Part shown: piece by piece, positions 18,199-27,396 of the stretch
Numbering within the stretch: the first letter of the stretch is position 1
Layout: every line of letters starts with the position of its first letter
NCBI GenBank assembly: GCA_963747985.1
Contig: CAVVHG010000001.1
Span: 329,963-393,962 of the forward strand
Direction: 5' to 3'
Source of the DNA: an uncultured Acidobacteriota bacterium
GTDB taxonomy: Bacteria; Acidobacteriota; UBA6911
DNA: 64,000 nucleotides
Position numbers and translations under genes: made by a program
The notes under the pieces: generated by a model
The model's input: only the letters and a program-made list of their open reading frames with translations
Databases searched by the model: none
Told to the model about the DNA's origin: nothing

Positions 18199-18681
18199 AT
18201 GAAATCGGGTCTCTCAACGCTCGCGCCTGCGGCAGTCGTGCTTCTTTTCCCGCTTTTTTCGGCTGGCGGCCAGGCGGCAGAGGAGATTACAAAGGAGAAG
18301 ATCCTCGCCGCAGGCCAGGACTGGCAGCAGAAGTATGACCAGTGCCAGCCCGCTCCGGACATGTTGGAGGCGGTGAAGTCTAAGCTCGGAGCCGACCTCA
18401 GGGTCGATGTCTATCTGGGGCTGTGGTGTCCCGACTCCCTCAATAATGTGCCTCCTTTCATCAAGATTGTCGACGGCCTCGGGACTGGAGTGACCGTCCG
18501 GTACTTCGCCCTGCCCAGGAAGGCCGACAAGGCGATCCAGTACTTTGTCGAAAAACAGAAGGTGGAGCGAGTGCCGACCTTCATTTTCTACCGGGGCGGC
18601 AAAGAGATCGGTCGCATCGCCGAGAATCCGAAAGCAGGCATGCTCGAGGATTTCATGGACATCGTTTTCATGGGAGAGTGA
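18199..18681 (+). CDS. Thioredoxin-fold protein (WCPDS active-site-like motif), secreted
   Basis: ATG 18199 with GGAGGTGG RBS; signal peptide; WCPDS motif; TlpA/thioredoxin-like. Confidence 0.55.
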   Translation: MKSGLSTLAPAAVVLLFPLFSAGGQAAEEITKEKILAAGQDWQQKYDQCQPAPDMLEAVKSKLGADLRVDVYLGLWCPDSLNNVPPFIKIVDGLGTGVTVRYFALPRKADKAIQYFVEKQKVERVPTFIFYRGGKEIGRIAENPKAGMLEDFMDIVFMGE

Positions 18682-18891
18682 CGAGTCTGCAACACGGCGG
18701 CGCGATCGTCGATCATGGCGCCATCTCCATGCGTCCTTGTGCAGCCTTATTTTCAGCCATCAGGGCACTACTGATCGCTGACGGCTGATAGCACCTCCGT
18801 CACCTGCTACATAAGGTGCCCGGGTCAACTCGCGATTTCGAAGTCGATTGCGGACGGAGGTCGGAGCTGCGAGAATGGGTACAGGTGCCTT

Positions 18892-19881
18892 ATGCGCGCA
18901 ACGTCAATGCCGGTCGCTCTTCTCACCTGTTCCTTCTGCATGGCCCAGCCGCGGGTCACGGTTGATGTGAACCGGGTGCAGTCGCCCATCCGGGTGGATG
19001 TAAACCTGGTCAATGTCGCGTTCACCGTGCGCGGCCACGGCGGGGAGCTGGTCAACGACCTGACGAAGGAAGATTTTGAGGTGTTCGAGGATGCGGTTCC
19101 GCAGAGCATTGCATTTTTCGCGCGCAGCGCGGATGTTCCTCTCACACTCGGACTGGTTGTGGACTTCAGCGGCAGCCAGGAACATTTCCTGAAACAGCAC
19201 CACAAGGACCTTCAGACCTTCCTCGCGGAGGTGCTCGGGCCAAGGGACCGGGCTTTTCTCGTCTGTTTCGGCAACTACCTGCGGTTGGTAAGCGAATTCG
19301 CTCCGGCCGGCGACAGCCTGGTGGATGCGCTGCGGCGATATGAGCAGGGAAAGAGAAACTTTCCCGAGATCGGTCCGTCCGAGGATCGGGAACTGGGAAC
19401 CGCCTTCTACGACGCCATTTACTACTCGATCACCGAGAAGCTGGCGCAGGCCGGGACCGACCGGCGGGCGGTGCTGGTGTTCAGCGACGGGGAAGACAAT
19501 TCCAGTTCGCACAATATGATGGAAGCCATAGAGGCTGCCCAGGCGGCGGACGTCATGGTCTTCGCGCTCCGCTACACCGAGTACGGGAACAAGGGCGAGA
19601 CGGCGCGAAACCGATACGGTACCGGTGTCATGGCCCGCGTCGCACGCGAGACCGGCGGCGTTCACTATGACGCCGAGAGGACGGACCTTTCCACCACATT
19701 CCGGCAGATCGGGGAGGAGTTGCGGTCATCCTACGAGCTTGCCTACCATGCCTCGAACCCGGCGAAGGATGGGACATTTCGAAAGATCGCGGTGCGGGCA
19801 AAGCGCGCGGGGCTGTCCGTTCGGTCCAAGACCGGCTACTTCGCCCGCGCAGCAGATGCAGGCGGGGCCGGACCACGCTGA
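18892..19881 (+). CDS. von Willebrand factor type A (VWA) domain protein, secreted
   Basis: 329 aa; signal peptide; VWA MIDAS-like DxSxS (LVVDFSGSQ), ...VLVFSDGEDNSS... Confidence 0.65.
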   Translation: MRATSMPVALLTCSFCMAQPRVTVDVNRVQSPIRVDVNLVNVAFTVRGHGGELVNDLTKEDFEVFEDAVPQSIAFFARSADVPLTLGLVVDFSGSQEHFLKQHHKDLQTFLAEVLGPRDRAFLVCFGNYLRLVSEFAPAGDSLVDALRRYEQGKRNFPEIGPSEDRELGTAFYDAIYYSITEKLAQAGTDRRAVLVFSDGEDNSSSHNMMEAIEAAQAADVMVFALRYTEYGNKGETARNRYGTGVMARVARETGGVHYDAERTDLSTTFRQIGEELRSSYELAYHASNPAKDGTFRKIAVRAKRAGLSVRSKTGYFARAADAGGAGPR

Positions 19882-19897
19882 TTCACAGGGGGAAACC

Positions 19898-20419
19898 ATG
19901 GGGTCAGATGATCAGGGCAGAATGGCGAACCAGGGGACGCTGATCCGCTCTCTGGAACCCGGCGACCGGTCCCGGATTGCGGAAATGGTTGCCTCCACCG
20001 GAAAATTCAACGACGAAGAGGTCGCAACGGCGCTCGAGCTCGTCGATCACGCGCTCAGAGATGGTGAGGAGAGTGGGTACGTCTTCGCGTTGATCGAGGA
20101 GCCCCCCGGCGACGCTGTTATCAAGGGATATGCCTGCTATGGTCCGACACCCCTGACGCAGGGCGTATACGACCTGTACTGGATTGTCGTTGATCCGTCT
20201 GCGCAGGGGAAAGGACTTGGCCGCCTGCTTACGCGGCATGTGGAGAAGGATGTGGTCGGCCGCGGCGGACGCATGCTTCTCATCGAAACCTCCTCCCAGG
20301 AATCCTACGTGCCGACGGTCCGGTTCTATGAGAGCACCGGTTATCAGTTGGCCGCCCGCATCAAGAACTTCTACCGGATCGGTGATGACAAGCTCATTTT
20401 CTCGAAGGATCTTGTCTGA
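19898..20419 (+). CDS. GNAT-family N-acetyltransferase
   Basis: ATG 19898 after agggggaaacc RBS; acetyl-CoA binding motif (VVDPSAQGKGLGRLL); 173 aa; the longer 19625 ORF start is antisense/overlap artefact. Confidence 0.7.
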   Translation: MGSDDQGRMANQGTLIRSLEPGDRSRIAEMVASTGKFNDEEVATALELVDHALRDGEESGYVFALIEEPPGDAVIKGYACYGPTPLTQGVYDLYWIVVDPSAQGKGLGRLLTRHVEKDVVGRGGRMLLIETSSQESYVPTVRFYESTGYQLAARIKNFYRIGDDKLIFSKDLV

Positions 20420-20431
20420 TAGCGGAAAGCC

Positions 20432-21508
20432 ATGCTGCCACGCGGTACTGAAGCAAAGCCCCATCCCGTAACCGCGCCGGAACCGGATCCGCCTGGTGTC
20501 GCGGGTCTTCAGGGTCCTCCCTCGGTCCTGATTCTGACGAGCGACGCGCTTTTCCCTCATTTCTTTTCCGATGCTACCCTGGAACGCCTGACGGCCGTCG
20601 CGCGGTGGCGGCAATCGGCTGAGCGCGATGACACACCGGAACTGCGTCAGATGATCGTTGGCGCCGATGCTCTCATCACAACCTGGCATTCCCCTTTCAT
20701 TACCATTCCGATGCTGGGCAGCACGCCGCGGGTGCGTCTGATATCGCACTGCGGAGGCGAAGTGAAGTCGCGGATGGAAGATAGGGTGATCGATCTCGTG
20801 ACGGTGACGAACGCGCCCGACGCCATGGCTGCGCCCGTAGCCGAGATGGCCCTTGCCATGATGTTGTCGCTGGTGCGCCGGCTTCCCGATTATGACCGGC
20901 GGATGAGAGCGGGCGAGATGGTCGACAACCGGCGGGCGGCCGAGGGGGAGACACTCTCCTGCCGTAAGGTGGGGATCGTAGGGTTTGGTCGCATCGGGCG
21001 CGCCCTGGCACGATTGCTCGAGCCGCTCAATGTTGAGCTGCTGGTGGCTGATCCGTACTGCAGTGCCCAGGATGCGGCCGGATCGCGTTTGAGGCGGGCG
21101 GGTCTGGAGGAGCTTCTCCGCTCCTGCTCTGTCGTGGTCCTGGCCGCCGGACTGACAGAGGGAACCCGGCGACTGCTTGATGCGCGGCACCTTGCGCTGA
21201 TGCCTGATGGCGCATACCTCGTTAACGTCGCTCGCGGAGGGCTGGTCGACATGGAAGCCCTGATGGCCGAACTGCGCTCGGGTCGCATCAGTGCGGCACT
21301 CGATGTCACGGACCCGCTCGAGCCTTTGCCCGATAATCACGAGCTGCGCCATCTTCCCAATGTCATCCTGACCCCGCACGTGGCGGCGGGCGGCATAGAG
21401 GTCCGGCGCGCGATGGGAGCGGCCGCGGTCGAATCGGTGGCAGTCTTCTTCTCGGGAAACATCCCGGCAAACATCGTAACGCGCGCGATGCTTTCCAGGA
21501 TGACATGA
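20432..21508 (+). CDS. D-isomer-specific 2-hydroxyacid dehydrogenase family, NAD-binding
   Basis: GIVGFGRIGRALARLL Rossmann motif, catalytic ...TPHVAAG...; the N-terminal ~30 aa of the ORF are probably not translated. Confidence 0.7.
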   Translation: MLPRGTEAKPHPVTAPEPDPPGVAGLQGPPSVLILTSDALFPHFFSDATLERLTAVARWRQSAERDDTPELRQMIVGADALITTWHSPFITIPMLGSTPRVRLISHCGGEVKSRMEDRVIDLVTVTNAPDAMAAPVAEMALAMMLSLVRRLPDYDRRMRAGEMVDNRRAAEGETLSCRKVGIVGFGRIGRALARLLEPLNVELLVADPYCSAQDAAGSRLRRAGLEELLRSCSVVVLAAGLTEGTRRLLDARHLALMPDGAYLVNVARGGLVDMEALMAELRSGRISAALDVTDPLEPLPDNHELRHLPNVILTPHVAAGGIEVRRAMGAAAVESVAVFFSGNIPANIVTRAMLSRMT

Positions 21509-21541
21509 AACAGAATGGCCGGGCGCGAAAGGAGCACGCGG

Positions 21542-22537
21542 ATGCAAAGGCCGCTGAGAGCTGTTCAGATCGGGGCTGGGCGGTTTGCATGCGACTACCA
21601 CGCCCCGACGCTTTACAGGATCGCCAGGATGCCGTCGCCTGCCATATCGCTCGAGGCAATCTGCGACCTGAATCTCGAACGTGCGGAGCTGTTCTGCCGG
21701 AGTTTCGGTTATGCCAGGGCTTACTCTGATTTTCGCCCGATGATCGATGAAGCCCGGCCTGACCTGGTCTACGTCATGGTCCACCCGACGGCCACGGCCG
21801 GAGTGCTGGAAGCGGTTCTGCCGCTGGGCATACCGACATTCACCGAGAAGCCGCCCGGTATCACCATCGCCGAAGCGGAGCGGCTGGCAGACCTGGCGGC
21901 GAAGCGAGGGACCCTGAACTACGTCGGTTTCAACCGCCGCCGCATGCCCGGGCTGGAGCGCCTCAAGCTTTGGGCGGAAGCGAGCCGGCCCGTTCGATAT
22001 GTCCGGGCCGAGATGCTGCGCAACCGACGCCTGGAGGCAGATTTCGCGATCGGAACGGCGATTCATGCGCTTGATTTCCTGAGATACCTGTGCGGCGGGG
22101 TGGCCCGCGTGTCGACCACCACCCTGCCCCATCCGCAGGCCGCGGCCAGGGACTATCTTGTCCGACTTGAGTTCGAAAGCGGGGCGATCGCCGACCTGTG
22201 CGTACTGGTTAATTGCGGACTCAGGCGCGAACGCTACCTGGCACAGACAGCGAACTCATCCATGGAGATAACCGTGGGAGCCGGCTACTCAAGTGCATTC
22301 TGTAACGCGGGCGTGAACGAGTACCGGGACGATCAAATCGTGTTCGAAGCCGCCCCGGGCGACGATCCCCTCATCGCCGGCGGCTTTTTGGGTGAGCATG
22401 AGTCCTTCCTTGACGCTGTGTCGCGCGGATGCCTGCCGGATTGCTGCCTCCAGGACGCCCATCACTCGCTGCGCCTGGCGGTCGCCGTCCAGGCCTCTTA
22501 CTCTGGGCCCATCCGGGATTTCGCCGGCACCCCGTAG
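21542..22537 (+). CDS. Gfo/Idh/MocA-family NAD(P)-dependent oxidoreductase
   Basis: ATG 21542 with AAGGAG RBS 8 nt upstream; MQRPLRAVQIGAGRFACDYHAP...; EKPPG motif (TFTEKPPGITIAEAE). Confidence 0.7.
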   Translation: MQRPLRAVQIGAGRFACDYHAPTLYRIARMPSPAISLEAICDLNLERAELFCRSFGYARAYSDFRPMIDEARPDLVYVMVHPTATAGVLEAVLPLGIPTFTEKPPGITIAEAERLADLAAKRGTLNYVGFNRRRMPGLERLKLWAEASRPVRYVRAEMLRNRRLEADFAIGTAIHALDFLRYLCGGVARVSTTTLPHPQAAARDYLVRLEFESGAIADLCVLVNCGLRRERYLAQTANSSMEITVGAGYSSAFCNAGVNEYRDDQIVFEAAPGDDPLIAGGFLGEHESFLDAVSRGCLPDCCLQDAHHSLRLAVAVQASYSGPIRDFAGTP

Positions 22538-22563
22538 AGCTCTTGAGCAAAGGGAGTGGGAAA

Positions 22564-24252
22564 TTGAAAGCTGCCAACACCACGGATTTCGCAGTAATCG
22601 CCCTGTACATGATCCTGAACCTGGGCATCGGCGTCTATTTCATGCGCTTCAACCGGGGCGCATCGGACTACTTCCGCGGCAGCAACCGCATCCCCTGGCT
22701 GGTCGCCGGGCTCAGTTCCTTCATGAGCGGCTTCAGCGCCTGGACATTCACCGGGGCTGCCGGGGTCGCATACCAGCAGGGGATTGCCGCCGTGCTGCTC
22801 TATGTGGGCAACGCCTGTTCTTTCCTCCTCGGGTATTTCGTCTTTGGCTCGACCTGGCGGCGTGCGCGCGTTTCAACCACCATGGAATACCTCGCGGACA
22901 GGTTCAATCAGCCGACGAGGCAGATCTTTTCCTGGACGACGATCTTATTCCAGATCTTCATGGCCGGCAGCATGCTCTATGGGCTCGGGCTTTTCGTGGC
23001 TTCCGCTTCAGGCGCATCTATTGAATGGACGATCTTTGTGTCCGGCACGGTCATCATCTTCTATTGCGTCGTCGGCGGCCTGTGGGCTGTTGTCATCACG
23101 GATTTCCTCCAGGCGGTCGTACTGCTCCCTTTCACTCTTGTACTGGCTGGAGCCGCGCTGTGGAAGGTCGGCGGCCTGACAGGCCTTCTGGGGGCTCTGC
23201 CGCCCGAGATGCTCTCTTTGAAGCTGCCCATGCAGTTTGGCTGGGGATACGTGGCCGCGTGGACGGTCATGGTCAGCTTCGGCTACAACACGTCGGCGAT
23301 GGCGCAGCGCTACTTCAGTGTCGACGACGAGCGCTCGGCAAGAAAGGTGGCGCTGCTCTGTTTTGTCCTTTTCCTGTCGGGTGCGTGCGTCTGGTTCATC
23401 CCGCCGATGGCGATGCGGGTTCTTTATCCGGACCTCCGATCGATCTGGCCCGGCGTCGCCAACGCGCATGAAGCGGCGTATGCAGTCGCAAGCCTGACGC
23501 TGCTGCCCAACGGTCTCGTCGGCATCATGCTGGCATCGATGTTCAGCGCGACCATGTCGTCGCTCTCAGGACTTTACAATGTGTACGCGGCAATCATCTC
23601 CAAGGACATCTACCAGACCCTTTTCGAAAGGAATGCCGGGGAAAAGCGCCTCCTCGTCGTCGGGTGGATCGCGACGCTCGGAGTCGGGATCGCCGTGACG
23701 GCAACCGCAATTGTAATGGCTGCAACGGGGCAGAGCATCTTTCAGATGATGCTCACCTTCAACACCATCATGTCACTTGCGTACGGCCCGCCCGCGCTGC
23801 TGGGCCTTGTCGTGCGCCGCACTCCAAGCTGGTCCGGGCTCGCATCGTTCTCGGTCTCCCTTGTCGTCGGTTGCCTGGGGGCCTTTGTCTACAACTGGGG
23901 GCTCATCACAAATGTGGTCGTGATTGTCCCGGTGAGCGTGATGATCTTCTTGCTGAGCAGGCTGGTGCCGGAACGTGATGATGATTTCGTTGCACGCAGA
24001 GAGCTCCTCCTCCGGCGTCTCGATACTGCCGTCGACGTTTCTATCGAATTGAGAGGCTCGGCGGATATGACGACCCCGGTCTTCCGATTCCTGAGCGCGG
24101 CGACCGCCGGCATAGGCCTCTTGAGCCTTTGCCTGCTTTTCACTACGCCGGCGGCGGAACGCGGGACAGTACTCGCCTACGCAACTGTCACCTTGGTGAT
24201 CGCGGCCCTGCTCAGACTGGTGCGGGGGAGAAGGGGCGTCGAACCGGCATAG
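22564..24252 (+). CDS. Sodium:solute symporter (SSF) family transporter
   Basis: About 560 aa, 13-14 TM; the SSF N-terminal pattern ...DFAVIALYMILNLGIGVYF sits ~12 codons after the proposed start. TTG 22564 preceded by agggagtggg is the likely start (alternatives ATG 22609, TTG 22543). Confidence 0.7.
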   Translation: MKAANTTDFAVIALYMILNLGIGVYFMRFNRGASDYFRGSNRIPWLVAGLSSFMSGFSAWTFTGAAGVAYQQGIAAVLLYVGNACSFLLGYFVFGSTWRRARVSTTMEYLADRFNQPTRQIFSWTTILFQIFMAGSMLYGLGLFVASASGASIEWTIFVSGTVIIFYCVVGGLWAVVITDFLQAVVLLPFTLVLAGAALWKVGGLTGLLGALPPEMLSLKLPMQFGWGYVAAWTVMVSFGYNTSAMAQRYFSVDDERSARKVALLCFVLFLSGACVWFIPPMAMRVLYPDLRSIWPGVANAHEAAYAVASLTLLPNGLVGIMLASMFSATMSSLSGLYNVYAAIISKDIYQTLFERNAGEKRLLVVGWIATLGVGIAVTATAIVMAATGQSIFQMMLTFNTIMSLAYGPPALLGLVVRRTPSWSGLASFSVSLVVGCLGAFVYNWGLITNVVVIVPVSVMIFLLSRLVPERDDDFVARRELLLRRLDTAVDVSIELRGSADMTTPVFRFLSAATAGIGLLSLCLLFTTPAAERGTVLAYATVTLVIAALLRLVRGRRGVEPA

Positions 24253-24303
24253 AAACGTGCGCCGGCACGAGCCGGGTTCGGTCCCGCTACTGCCGAGGCT
24301 TCG

Positions 24304-25630
24304 CTACTGCCGAGGCTTTTCCTGGGCGGCCACGGGGGGGCCTACAACCTTTTCCAATTCCGCCAGGCGGGCCTGTACCTGCCCGGCATTGGTGGACTGC
24401 GGGGCGTATTTCAGGTAAGACCGCAGTTGCTCAGCCTCACCCGAAAGGTCCTGCTTCTGTCGGAGGATGCTCGCGAGTATGAGGTGGCCCAGCGGAAACC
24501 TGTGGACCGAATCCAGGCGCTGTGCCTTGCGCGCACTTGTCTCTGCCGCGTCGAAGTTCTTCAGGTTGTAGTTGGCGAGAGAATTCAGGAAGAAGCCGTC
24601 AGGTATGTCCAGGGGATTGAGCGCGATGGCGCGATTCGTGAGGTCTGCCGCCTGCTGCCAATTCTTCTCCATTGCCGCTAACCGCGCGAGTTCCACGTAG
24701 GGGAACACGAAGTTGGGATCGGCCTCTTGTGCCCTGGAGAATGCAAGGCGCGCGTCCTGAGTCCGGTTCTGCGCCTCGTAAATCCGTCCCAGCGCAAACC
24801 AGGCGGAGGCGTAACCCGGATAGATGGATACCGCATCGCGAAAACTGGTCTCGGCCTCGCCGATCTTCGCCTTCCGCAGCGCTTTGTCTCCGCGTTCCAT
24901 CGCCTTTCTTCGCATCCTTGGGAGCTTGCAGGCTGCTCATGCTTATGGTGGTGCCCTGAATCTTGGCGATCGGATGGAGCACGATAGTTCCGACGTCCAC
25001 CACACGCCCCATGAGCTGGCTTCCGGTAAGAATCACCGAGCTCGAACGATAGCCCGGGAGGTCGGCTCTCAGCTCGCAACCCATCAGTGTTGTAGTGGAA
25101 CCCAGGCCCAACGGAGAAGACGCGCCTGTCATCTGCTGGGATGACGACCCGGGCACGCCGAACCCCCCCCAGCCGCTGTCGCTCGCGTCCATCATCATGC
25201 CGGTGTTAGCGCCGACCTGGAATGAAAACTGCCCGCCGGAGCTGACGTGGCTCTCCTTTATCTTGTTGCCGCTGCAGATGCGCTCGATGACCACACCCAT
25301 CGGCAGAGGCGAGCCATCCTCCATGACAACCATCCCGCTGATGAACGGCATCTGTTGCGGCTGCCGTCCCGCATTGGGATTGACGCCGGGCTGTGTCTGG
25401 TTAGTGTTCTGCGGAGTCCGCGAGGTCGGGGCAGGGGTGCCGGTGTTACCGCCGGAGCCTTGCGTGCCGCCGCCGGCACCGCCGCCGGCACCGCCGCTCG
25501 TGCCACCGGTGCTCCCCCCGCCACCGCCCCCTCCTCCCTGCTGCCCGCCCTGTTGGGCGGGGATGGAAGCTGCGAAAAGGAGCAATGCGGAAAAGAGGAA
25601 GGTACGGCGGAGCAGACGAATGGCAACCAT
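24304..25630 (-). pseudogene. Secreted CarboxypepD_reg-like domain + TPR-repeat protein, interrupted by a +1 indel near 24905-24915 (or sequencing error)
   Basis: ATG 25630 with GGAGG RBS: MVAIRLLRRTFLFSALLLFAASIPAQ + Gly-rich low-complexity + CarboxypepD_reg-like beta-sandwich (MPFISGMVVMEDGSPLPMGVVIERICSG...), continuing ...TTISMSSLQAPKDAKK. The TPR ORF 24304..24915 (MERGDKALRKAKIGEAETSFRDAVSIYPGYASAWFALG...) starts exactly there in the +1 frame; beyond the junction the upstream frame turns into Arg-rich junk. Removing one g from aagaaaggcg joins them. Confidence 0.6.
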
Positions 25631-26172
25631 TTCGGACCTCCTATGCGGGGTTCCCGCGCGAAGGATGCGGTGTCCAGGAACAGATGAAGCGGCGTCTGCG
25701 GCCGTCGCCCCCATCGTAGAACCTGCCACGGCGCCCGACACCCGGGAGTTCAACCTCGCTTGAAAGCATTTTGCTCCCGGTGAGGCGCCAAGGCAAGCAT
25801 TAGGTATCTGTCGACCAGCTGCGTGCGCGTGCTGCTCGCGGCGATGCGAGCTTGGACCGGATAATTCAGGAAGTATCCGGGAGAAGGGGATTGGGGACGC
25901 GGCTGAACGCCGATCGAAAATGGTGATTCGATCCGTGTGCGGAGCTTTTGCCGCCATCGGTGCGGCAAGAGCTCGGCCGGCGTTTCCCCGTGTCCACAAA
26001 TGCTTCCTTCCCGCTGATTCATGAGTAATCCCCGTTAGTGCATCTCCGCCAGGGGACGCCTCGAGCTGGTGGAGACCCTCCTCAACTACGGCGCAGCCCG
26101 AAGGAATCCATGGCCGGAAATCGGGTTTTGAGGTATGTTTCGAAGTGACTTCAACTTGCAGAGGACTGCCGA

Positions 26173-27312
26173 ATGAGGAAGGAAAACGTGAACCGCCGTC
26201 GATGGATTCTCGCTTTTTTGCTGCCGATCTCCCTGTGGGCACCCGTGAACGGGAACGCGCTTGTCGATCCGCCAATGCTCGCGATCGGCTCTCCTGCCCC
26301 GGATTTCAATCTCCCCGGCGTAGACGGGAGGAACCACAAGCTGTCCGATTTTGCGGACGCAAAGGTCCTGGTGGTTGTATTCACGTGCAATCACTGTCCA
26401 ACGGCCCAGGCCTACGAGGAGCGGATCAAGTCACTCGCGCAGGACTACCGCGGGAAGGGAGTGGCGCTGGTCGCGATATCGCCTAACGATCCCAAGGCGG
26501 TTCGCCTCGATGAACTGGGCTACACCGATCTCAGCGATTCGTTCGAGGAGATGAAGATCCGGGCGCAGGATCAGAAGTTCAACTTTCCCTACCTGTATGA
26601 CGGGGAAGACGAAAGAGTCTCCCGCGCCTACGGTCCGACCTCCACCCCCCACCTGTTCATTTTCGACAGCAATCGCAAACTGCGCTACGCCGGCCGGGTC
26701 GATGATTCCGAGAAGCCGGGCAAAATCAAGTCCAGCGATGCGCGAAATGCCATCGAAGCGCTGCTTGCCGGCCGACCGGTGCCTGTTGAAAAGACGAAGA
26801 CCTTCGGTTGTTCGATCAAGTGGTCGGACAAGAGGGCATCTGTCAACTCGGCCTTCAAACAGTGGGCTGGCGAACCTGTATCACTCCAGGTGGTCGACGA
26901 GGCGGGAATCCGGGCAGTGGTCCGGAATGACTCGAAAAAACTCCGCCTTATCAATATCTGGGCGACCTGGTGCGGGCCGTGCGTGGTCGAATTTCCGGAG
27001 CTCGTGACGATCAACCGGATGTATCGTGGCAGGGAATTCGAGTTCGTGACGATCAGCGCCGACGCGCCGGAGAACAAGGATCAGGCACTGGCTTTCCTCA
27101 AGAAGCAGCAGGCATCATCGAGCAACCACATCTTCAGCATCGACGACAAGTACAAACTGGTCGAGGCGGTGGACAAGGAATGGGCCGGCGCGTTGCCGTA
27201 CACGATTCTAGTCGAGCCCGGCGGGAAGATCATCTACCGCGTCCAGGGAGAGTTGTCGCCGTTGGAGCTGAAAAAGGCGATCGTCGCCCGTCTCGGCCGG
27301 TATTACCCCTAG
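26173..27312 (+). CDS. Secreted tandem redoxin/thioredoxin-like (AhpC-TSA/TlpA-like) protein
   Basis: 379 aa; signal peptide; two thioredoxin-fold domains (VVVFTCNHCP and WATWCGPCVVEFPEL). Confidence 0.7.
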   Translation: MRKENVNRRRWILAFLLPISLWAPVNGNALVDPPMLAIGSPAPDFNLPGVDGRNHKLSDFADAKVLVVVFTCNHCPTAQAYEERIKSLAQDYRGKGVALVAISPNDPKAVRLDELGYTDLSDSFEEMKIRAQDQKFNFPYLYDGEDERVSRAYGPTSTPHLFIFDSNRKLRYAGRVDDSEKPGKIKSSDARNAIEALLAGRPVPVEKTKTFGCSIKWSDKRASVNSAFKQWAGEPVSLQVVDEAGIRAVVRNDSKKLRLINIWATWCGPCVVEFPELVTINRMYRGREFEFVTISADAPENKDQALAFLKKQQASSSNHIFSIDDKYKLVEAVDKEWAGALPYTILVEPGGKIIYRVQGELSPLELKKAIVARLGRYYP

Positions 27313-27396
27313 ATCTGTCCGAGTGTGCCCGCTCTTCCGGAGCGGACCCGGAGATTTCGCCCCTGGCAGCAGGGGGTCCGGTCTGTCAGACCGGAA

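Noticed and set aside
19904-22132. 742-aa ORF on the minus strand
   Set aside because: Arg/Gly/Pro-rich, no domain pattern, lies entirely antisense to four well-supported plus-strand genes (GNAT, 2-hydroxyacid DH, Gfo/Idh/MocA); typical long antisense ORF of high-GC DNA.
25631-26275. Upstream 215 codons of ORF 24599..26275
   Set aside because: The real gene starts at ATG 25630 with a strong GGAGG RBS and signal peptide; the upstream extension is low-complexity and lies in the divergent promoter region.
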